Positions 57,220 through 64,000 of a DNA stretch of 64,000 nt are shown in pieces. The notes beneath the pieces are model-generated. The model made no database searches, was not told the DNA's origin, and saw nothing but the letters and a program-made list of their open reading frames with translations. Origin of the DNA: a virus; the IMG/VR virus record IMGVR_UViG_3300025030_000071, positions 1 to 64,000 of that record, one strand, 5' to 3'. Position 1 is the first letter of the stretch. Every line of letters starts with the position of its first letter. The position numbers were made by a program, and so were the translations under genes.

Positions 57220-58434
57220 ATGGCTAATATTTTAACTGAACGAGCTGATCAAATCTTAGACAGAACTCTAAACCAATTAACAACCAATACTCAGATTAAA
57301 AGAACAACAGCAGGGTCAAAGGCTAGGAGTATACTTGCTATTGTAAGTTCTGAGATTGAGAATCTAGAAGGTATCTTAGCTGCTAACATGGTCTTAGGAC
57401 TTGTTAATGGAGCTTCGGGTATCTATCTAGATTTTATTGGCGACCTACTAGGTATCGACCGTGGTACCCAGAACCCAGCCAGAACTTACAGGGACGAGCA
57501 AAATATAAAGGTCTCTGCGCCTACCGGCTATCTCTTTGGTGCCTTAAACAATGGTGCTCCAATAACAGTTCCTTCTGGGACTTCTATTACCTCCAAGAAT
57601 GGTGATATTCGTTTCATAATGGATGAGGATCTGGTTCTTGGCCCATTAGACAATGAAGCCTTTGCCTCTGCCCATGCGGTCAATCAAGGACGTGACGGCA
57701 ATATCTCTGCTGGTCTTCTCTCAGTCCTCAACTTCGACGGTTATGCCGCCCAAGCAAACACCCCATTAGAAGTAACCAACCTATCTTCAATTGAGAGTGG
57801 TTCTATCCCTGACAAAGATGACTACTATAGAAATAGAATAAAGAATGCCCTCCTATCTGCCGAGTCAGCAAATGAAACAGCAGTTAGATTAGAAATATTA
57901 AAAATTCCTTCTATCACAGATGCGATCTTCTTAAGGCGTTATCGAGGGATCGGAACAGCCGACATTGTAGTAGACTCTGAAACCGGAGAAGTCTCAGGTA
58001 TTACTATGGAGTCAATTAACAGAGCTATTGGCAGAACAGCCGCAGTGGGCATGGACATCAAGAGCAGAGGCCCCAAACGTGTTGGGCTCTCAGCAACTCT
58101 CACCGCAAAGTTCTCTGCACAATCAAGCGTGGCGATTAAAATTCAGGCCAAGACCGCCATCAGGGCTGCGATTGAAGCGCTAATAGCCAGCACCCCGCTT
58201 GGCGGTTCCTTAAGGCTCAACGACATCGCTGAAACAGCAAGAAAGGCTCATCCAGCCATTGTAGATCTAGGGCGCCCAAACAAACCCATTGATGACATCG
58301 TTATATGGAGAGACTCCCAAATCTCAGGTAGAGCCCCTTTCACTTTAAGAGAACAAGATATCTCTCTTGAGATAGATGAAAGATTAACCCTAGAAGGCTC
58401 TTTAATCAACGCTATAACCATTTACGAAAAATAA
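57220..58434 (+). CDS. Baseplate J-like wedge protein
   Basis: GSKARSI..ASGIYLDFIG..G..VPSGT..GNI..VTN..G..DDYYRNRI..GIGTADIVV. Confidence 0.85.
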   Translation: MANILTERADQILDRTLNQLTTNTQIKRTTAGSKARSILAIVSSEIENLEGILAANMVLGLVNGASGIYLDFIGDLLGIDRGTQNPARTYRDEQNIKVSAPTGYLFGALNNGAPITVPSGTSITSKNGDIRFIMDEDLVLGPLDNEAFASAHAVNQGRDGNISAGLLSVLNFDGYAAQANTPLEVTNLSSIESGSIPDKDDYYRNRIKNALLSAESANETAVRLEILKIPSITDAIFLRRYRGIGTADIVVDSETGEVSGITMESINRAIGRTAAVGMDIKSRGPKRVGLSATLTAKFSAQSSVAIKIQAKTAIRAAIEALIASTPLGGSLRLNDIAETARKAHPAIVDLGRPNKPIDDIVIWRDSQISGRAPFTLREQDISLEIDERLTLEGSLINAITIYEK

Positions 58435-60363
58435 ATGATAACCTATATTTTAACAGCTCCAGCAGTTACTATTGATCCAGGCTCAACTGAGATTGCTGTT
58501 TCATTCACAAGCACTAATCCAGATCAAGATATGAGCGATACTTTTAAGCTGTATCTGAACTATCTTGAAGTAGTTGCTGTAATTACCGAGGATGCCGGAG
58601 TATATACTTTAACCGCAACTGAGTTCCTAGAAGGTGGCAATGAAGTCGTAGTAACAGCAGAAGGCAGTGACAAGGATGGATGGAGTTCTGACCATTGGAA
58701 TATAACAGTTAACCCAGAGGCATTATTCTCAGATGAACAATATTTCGTTTCATCTTATCTAGACAAAATGTTAACCTATTTCCCTTCTTATACAAAAGCC
58801 AGAACAGACAGGTATAGCTTAACGAGGCAATTCTTAAATCCCATTGCGCTTAAACTTGAAGAAAACCTAACTAGGCTTACGACAATGAACAGGGCCATGT
58901 CTCTAACAAATCTGAACAATGATGAACCGACTTGGTTATATGAGCATAGGTTAGAAGATGAAGAAAGTTTTCCAGAATTCGCAACAAGCTCAGGCGAATC
59001 AAGATATATACCACCAAGGGTTTGGGGTTATCGCGGCGTCAACAGAGTAGAACTTACAGCCGCAGAAGGGTTTAGAGAGATGTGGTACGAGGCATTACCA
59101 AGCCTTTATGAAGTAACTGATTTAGACAAGATCCTGGCTTCGCTAACTCCGTCGATAAAGATTACCTCCCTCAGGGAATTGTCAGTCTTCGATGTTCCAC
59201 TACCCGGCAAACTCTGGATTGAAGTCCATTCGGCTACAAACCTTTTTAATCTAGTTGATCAGCAATTCACTATAATAAGACTAGAAGGCCAAGGGCCTAC
59301 AGGCAAGATCCAAGCAGAAAATTTAAGACTCTTCAAAGAAGGGACAACATCAACAGCTTTAGAATGGTCAAGAGTTGAGAAAGTCTTACTAGTCAGATCA
59401 CCCGAAGAAATCACTGGTGAGTTAGTTATATATAATGCCCCGAGAAGAGCTATCGCCAAAGATGACAAACTTAATATTTACTTAGATGAGAATGAAGATA
59501 AAAAGCTAACATGGTCTCTTGGCTCAGACAGCTTAGGGAGCTTCTTAACAACTACAGTTTCTGGCGAAGGCGATATCTTTGATATCGTGAAAGGCATAAA
59601 CACAGCAAAGACTTTAGAATACTATAGATTGGCCGATACAACCGGTGTAGCGATTACTGTTGATGACTTCTGCCTTTCTAGTTTAAGCAATAGAATGTTC
59701 GGCATCGACAAAGACCAGCTTTATATATGGGACCGCCGAGACCCTCACCATTCAAACCTCTCTGCCTTAACGGGTCAAACTACTGACCCAGAAGTAAATT
59801 TCTTCTTATTAAAATACTCTCAACCAACTCCAGTAGAAGGCGACTTAACAACTGAAATAACAATTGAACTAGATACTCCTAAATCAGGTAAGATAGTCAG
59901 ACGTTGGTACTGGGCTATTATCAATAGTGACAACTCAAGACTATACATTGATAGAGACAAAAATCTAACAGCTTTATCCCCAGTATGGATAGAGAATCCA
60001 ACCCCAACTGAATTCTTTGGTATTAACGAAAAGTCTTTTACAATTGATATGGTTGGTACTGGCGACTTTGTTGCTGAGCTTGTTGTTGATTTCAGAGATC
60101 ACGAACAAGAGACCACTCGCATTCCCTTTCAGATCTACAACAAAATAGCTCTAGCTGAGTATTCATTAGATCATAGAGTAACTCTAAATGATGATATATC
60201 TACAATCTATTTAGATAATCATGGAGAACTCTTTATCATCAATAGATCAAAAGCTTATAGGCTTACTCCAGTATACAATGCCTTCATCCCTGATTACTCA
60301 AACAATAGAATACTTATGCGTGAAGAATATGATTCTGTTGAGGTTAGCTTAAATGAGTCTTAA
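58435..60363 (+). CDS. Baseplate-region structural protein
   Basis: 642-aa acidic ORF abutting the J-like gene. Confidence 0.6.
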   Translation: MITYILTAPAVTIDPGSTEIAVSFTSTNPDQDMSDTFKLYLNYLEVVAVITEDAGVYTLTATEFLEGGNEVVVTAEGSDKDGWSSDHWNITVNPEALFSDEQYFVSSYLDKMLTYFPSYTKARTDRYSLTRQFLNPIALKLEENLTRLTTMNRAMSLTNLNNDEPTWLYEHRLEDEESFPEFATSSGESRYIPPRVWGYRGVNRVELTAAEGFREMWYEALPSLYEVTDLDKILASLTPSIKITSLRELSVFDVPLPGKLWIEVHSATNLFNLVDQQFTIIRLEGQGPTGKIQAENLRLFKEGTTSTALEWSRVEKVLLVRSPEEITGELVIYNAPRRAIAKDDKLNIYLDENEDKKLTWSLGSDSLGSFLTTTVSGEGDIFDIVKGINTAKTLEYYRLADTTGVAITVDDFCLSSLSNRMFGIDKDQLYIWDRRDPHHSNLSALTGQTTDPEVNFFLLKYSQPTPVEGDLTTEITIELDTPKSGKIVRRWYWAIINSDNSRLYIDRDKNLTALSPVWIENPTPTEFFGINEKSFTIDMVGTGDFVAELVVDFRDHEQETTRIPFQIYNKIALAEYSLDHRVTLNDDISTIYLDNHGELFIINRSKAYRLTPVYNAFIPDYSNNRILMREEYDSVEVSLNES

Positions 60364-61666
60364 ATCTTTTGCAGGTACCCTAACAATAGGGGCTCTCCCC
60401 TTTGCTGTAACAGGTAGCTTATCGAAAGTAGGTCTCAGGGTCCAGGGTAGTCTCATCTTTGCAGATGATATTACTAGAATCTTTCCAATTGATTATAGGA
60501 TCAATGGTTTAGCTTTTACTAGTTTAGCCAATATGCTGTTTGTTGATCCCGAAGATAGAGTTGTACTTCTCTCCCCATTAGTTATAGCTGATACTTCTAT
60601 AGATGCAGATTTTACTAATCTAACCATTACTGAAGCCCCCTGCACGATTGATGGCCCAGCTGATGTTCTAACTTTAGATATTGATTCAGTAGAAGTGGTT
60701 GTTGATTATGGCGCCCTTGCCGATGAAGGCCCAGCGGTCGAATTCCCTTCTATCTATTCACCAGAAAGATTACGCATAAACGAAATAGCCAATCCTTATG
60801 ACCATTTCGGCGATCTTCTTTCAGTTAATAGAATACCAGGTGAGTCCAACGAATCATATCTAAACCGCATTAGGCGTGCAGCTAGCCACCCATCCAACAG
60901 CACATACCTTGGCCTCCTCAACGGCGTTTTAAGGGCTTTGAACCTCGAAGCTATACCCACAGCTAGGGTAACCATTAAAGAGGGCTTAGAATCGATCTCA
61001 GGCGCTCTCAGGTTGACATTAGATGGTACTTCAGTAAAAATTTATGAGACCTGGATTTCAGAACAAGATCAACTGTCAGGACTGCGTCCAACGATAGAAC
61101 AAGAGACCACCTTGGAAGGGTTCACAATAGCTGAGCTTGTTGACTGGATTAACCAAAGCGAGTTCTATGAGGCCAAGCTTCTTGCTAATGGAGATGAGCT
61201 AGCTAACTTCATAATCAAATACGATTCAATTCGGTTAGTAACTGATTACCTCCGGCCACAAAACATAACAAAGCTTACTGAAGAAAACCTTATTCCAGGA
61301 AGCCTTAGCTTCTTAGAAACTGAATACATGAATAATGAATTAGCCGAAGCCGCTTCATTAACCCAAATAGGAGATTTCAAAATCCATCATTCAGATGGAA
61401 GAATAGAAATCTTTGATCCTCCAAAAGAGCAAATGGCGTTCACGTATATGATTAGTGACAATTCCTTTGAACTTGAATATTCTCCAGTCAGACTTATTGA
61501 TTATTCAACCGAAGCTGGCCAAGAACTTCTATTCAATCAAGTTGAACTTGATCTTTATGATACAGAAGAAGGCCACTATATCAACGGTTTACCAACCGAA
61601 GAAGGCTATAAGGTAATAAGACAAGTCCTCGATCTAGAGGAGTTTCCTCAGCGGTGGGGTGAGTAA
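60353..61666 (+). CDS. Baseplate wedge-like protein
   Basis: DHFGDLLSVNRIPGESNESYLNRI..STYLGL wedge-type pattern. Confidence 0.65.
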   Translation: MSLKSFAGTLTIGALPFAVTGSLSKVGLRVQGSLIFADDITRIFPIDYRINGLAFTSLANMLFVDPEDRVVLLSPLVIADTSIDADFTNLTITEAPCTIDGPADVLTLDIDSVEVVVDYGALADEGPAVEFPSIYSPERLRINEIANPYDHFGDLLSVNRIPGESNESYLNRIRRAASHPSNSTYLGLLNGVLRALNLEAIPTARVTIKEGLESISGALRLTLDGTSVKIYETWISEQDQLSGLRPTIEQETTLEGFTIAELVDWINQSEFYEAKLLANGDELANFIIKYDSIRLVTDYLRPQNITKLTEENLIPGSLSFLETEYMNNELAEAASLTQIGDFKIHHSDGRIEIFDPPKEQMAFTYMISDNSFELEYSPVRLIDYSTEAGQELLFNQVELDLYDTEEGHYINGLPTEEGYKVIRQVLDLEEFPQRWGE

Positions 61667-64000
61667 TGGCCCAGGCTAGAAATTTATCTTTAATTGACAG
61701 GCCACAAAGTAAAAGACTCTTTAGAGATCTAACAGGATGGAAGTGGGATGCAGGCTCTTGGAGGGATCAAGCCCATTCCAATAGAGAGGTTAAACTCCCT
61801 GATCTAGGCGTTATCGATCTTACAGGTCTCAACAAAAAGTTCTATCGTAGTGGTTGCCTGCTTCCTGGAGGACATCTAGATTTAGAAGAGGTTCGTTTTG
61901 AGAACGAACACTACTTAACTGGTTGGACTCCTGGGGTTAGGAGAGGTACTTACTATATCCACAACCAACCTTCTTATTTGCACGGCTCTGAAAGTCTCCT
62001 GTTACTGGTCCGCGACCAAACAAACAACGATACTGAACTACGTTCAGTTGTAGACCTCCAGCACCAACCAGATCCCTCTCTGCCTATTATAGTAGAATAT
62101 CTATCAAGGAATACTTCTACATTAGGCATTGAACCTTCTTCAATATTTAATCAAGTAAGTACTTTCACTGGTATTCGAGTAAACGGCATTGAACATAATG
62201 GAGATATCTTTGGTCAGATGGACACTTCCAAAGATGAATTCAAGATTGTTCAGAACGATTCAGACCCAGTACTTAATTTATCCATTATAGAAGGCGAGAA
62301 CTACTCAGCCTTCCAACTCAATATCTATCATATAGATTTAGAAACAGATCCTATCCATTGGTGGAAAGTCCAATTCTCCAAACCAAACATCTTCCGAAAT
62401 GAATTAAGCTTTTCAGATTTCGTGGTGGGCCATGCACTTGGGACATTAATTGAAGGTGACTACGCAATTGGTTATGATGGTACTTGGGCAGAAGGTCTGG
62501 GCGTCCGAGTCTTCCTCGAAAGAAGTCACCCCAATTATGGAACTATAAGCTACAAACCCGCTGAATCAGCTACCCTAACATTCAATAAGGATGTCCTAAT
62601 TGACCGAACCACTTCGTTTGACCCAATAGCCGGTGAGAATACTTATTACCTCCCCAATTTTCCTGTCCTAGATCTTTCAATGTACCAGGAAGGGGAATTA
62701 GCTGGAGCCTTATTGCTCGACACAGCAAGCCTAGAACTAACCGTTGACGCTGTAGCCTGGACCAGAGTTCAAGACCTTACTGATGTTGGGGTCGCAGATG
62801 ATGATCTGGTTTTCGAACTAGACCCACTTTGGGGAGAAATCAGATTTGGTAAAGCAGGCATTGATGATATCCACGGGGCACTTCCAGAAGGGCTTATTGA
62901 GATAACTTGGAAACAGGTTCCCCTAATCAGATACGATACTATTTCCAATAATGAAATCTTTTTTGATTCTAGAGAAGACTTAGACCCACAAGTAAATGCC
63001 CTTAAACATGGCTTCTTAGTTCTAGATACAAAGCGTTTAATTCCTCATAAGATTACCTTAACTGCATTAGGCCCAATTAGCAAACACGACAACGGAGATT
63101 GTTTTTGGGGGCCATTGGACATCCCAGCTACTAGCACAGATGATATCTTAACTCTCAGAGCTAGAGTAACGGCCAGAGGCAATCCCCCAATGCCTGTTGC
63201 TAATATTCCTGTTCAGTTTAATTCCATAGATGGGCTGATGCATTTCTCGCAAGAATTTGCAGTTACAGACGGAGATGGTTGCGCTTATACCGAATCATTT
63301 GGTAAGGGACATTTTGACGAGTACGTAGTTGCAGTCTGGATGTACGAACCGATGGACTCTGACCAAATCAACTATCTAAACCCACATCCTCATACCCTTG
63401 TCGCTCATATACCAGAGTGGGGATTCCCAATTGTTGGTGGTGATACACTTATTATTCCTGAGACTTTAGAAGCAGAACTTTCTGAAGTTTATCTTCTTGT
63501 TACAAGTATACCAGCCGAGGGCGCTGATCTTCTAGATTACGCAGCACTGCCTCGTCTAGAAGACGAGTACCTAACTCCATTCAACGGTAAGACAAGACAA
63601 AATGGTTTAACCGTTGTGTGGCATACGACATCTGACGGCGCCGAAAAGATAGTTCACCCAACAGCGATTGTTGAAGGTCCAATGCCCGGAACATCAGCTA
63701 TTACTTTCCCCATTGACCTTCCTACTGGACATTTGATAGTTGCCTATAAGCTTGTTATTGATAGAACAGCATTCGTAAATGCAAATACTGTTGAAGATCC
63801 AATCCTTACAAGCAACCAAATTGAAATTTTACTTTCGTTGGATGACACGATGACAGGACAATGGAAACTCCCAAACTTGCTGCCTCCTGACTGGGATGGT
63901 TTTCATGAAGAAGAACCTTCTGGTCCTAATATGGATTCTTCAAGAATAAGCTCAGCAGTTTATATGTCTCCTAATGATTTTGAAGTTCTTAATATAGTAC
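61666..64000 (+). CDS. Large baseplate/tail protein, truncated by window end (not in ORF track)
   Basis: TAATG overlap at 61664-61668. No stop found in the stretches of this frame I translated, including the final ~640 nt. DPLWGEIRFG..G.LP wedge motif and Ig-like VANIPVQF..VTDGDG. Confidence 0.75.
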   Translation, partial: MAQARNLSLIDRPQSKRLFRDLTGWKWDAGSWRDQAHSNREVKLPDLGVIDLTGLNKKFYRSGCLLPGGHLDLEEVRFENEHYLTGWTPGVRRGTYYIHNQPSYLHGSESLLLLVRDQTNNDTELRSVVDLQHQPDPSLPIIVEYLSRNTSTLGIEPSSIFNQVSTFTGIRVNGIEHNGDIFGQMDTSKDEFKIVQNDSDPVLNLSIIEGENYSAFQLNIYHIDLETDPIHWWKVQFSKPNIFRNELSFSDFVVGHALGTLIEGDYAIGYDGTWAEGLGVRVFLERSHPNYGTISYKPAESATLTFNKDVLIDRTTSFDPIAGENTYYLPNFPVLDLSMYQEGELAGALLLDTASLELTVDAVAWTRVQDLTDVGVADDDLVFELDPLWGEIRFGKAGIDDIHGALPEGLIEITWKQVPLIRYDTISNNEIFFDSREDLDPQVNALKHGFLVLDTKRLIPHKITLTALGPISKHDNGDCFWGPLDIPATSTDDILTLRARVTARGNPPMPVANIPVQFNSIDGLMHFSQEFAVTDGDGCAYTESFGKGHFDEYVVAVWMYEPMDSDQINYLNPHPHTLVAHIPEWGFPIVGGDTLIIPETLEAELSEVYLLVTSIPAEGADLLDYAALPRLEDEYLTPFNGKTRQNGLTVVWHTTSDGAEKIVHPTAIVEGPMPGTSAITFPIDLPTGHLIVAYKLVIDRTAFVNANTVEDPILTSNQIEILLSLDDTMTGQWKLPNLLPPDWDGFHEEEPSGPNMDSSRISSAVYMSPNDFEVLNIV

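Noticed and set aside
33637-58434. Tailocin, eCIS or T6SS rather than phage
   Set aside because: Terminase, portal, protease and major capsid genes lie in the same gene cluster.
314-59468. Numerous minus-strand and short alternate-frame ORFs in the track
   Set aside because: They overlap longer, motif-bearing, translationally coupled + strand genes and show no recognisable motifs, so I treat them as shadow ORFs.
1-64000. tRNA or rRNA genes, integrase, att sites
   Set aside because: None recognised by eye, and most intergenic gaps are too short. A tRNAscan/Infernal run would be needed to exclude them in 1-450.

Overview
This window is part of a large tailed-phage (contractile-tail, myovirus-like) genome. 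It holds one densely packed + strand virion morphogenesis region. In order: a structured non-coding leader; small accessory genes including a stand-alone PAS-like protein; a 1405-aa multi-enzyme protein and Gly/Arg-rich proteins; HNH; terminase large subunit with a mini-intein in Walker A; portal with a LAGLIDADG intein and MuF-like C-terminus; protease/scaffold; head protein; major capsid; fibre/decoration proteins; neck; sheath; three tube paralogs; two chaperone paralogs; two giant tape-measure-locus proteins; an M23-bearing hub; baseplate genes (the last is cut by the window end). Two observations stand out. (1) ORF 2520-6737 looks like a cassette polyprotein: a DEDDh-like exonuclease, two atypical kinases and a thermonuclease, separated by copies of a conserved ~37-aa spacer (..DDxYNTIEGLRHxG..TDFGSG..). 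(2) ORF 44474-50197 at the tape-measure locus carries ordered beta- and beta'-like motifs of a single-chain two-barrel RNA polymerase with a DFDDD catalytic loop. I recognised no rRNA, tRNA, CRISPR array or integrase. All calls come from reading motifs and gene order by eye, with no database searches. The host cannot be determined.
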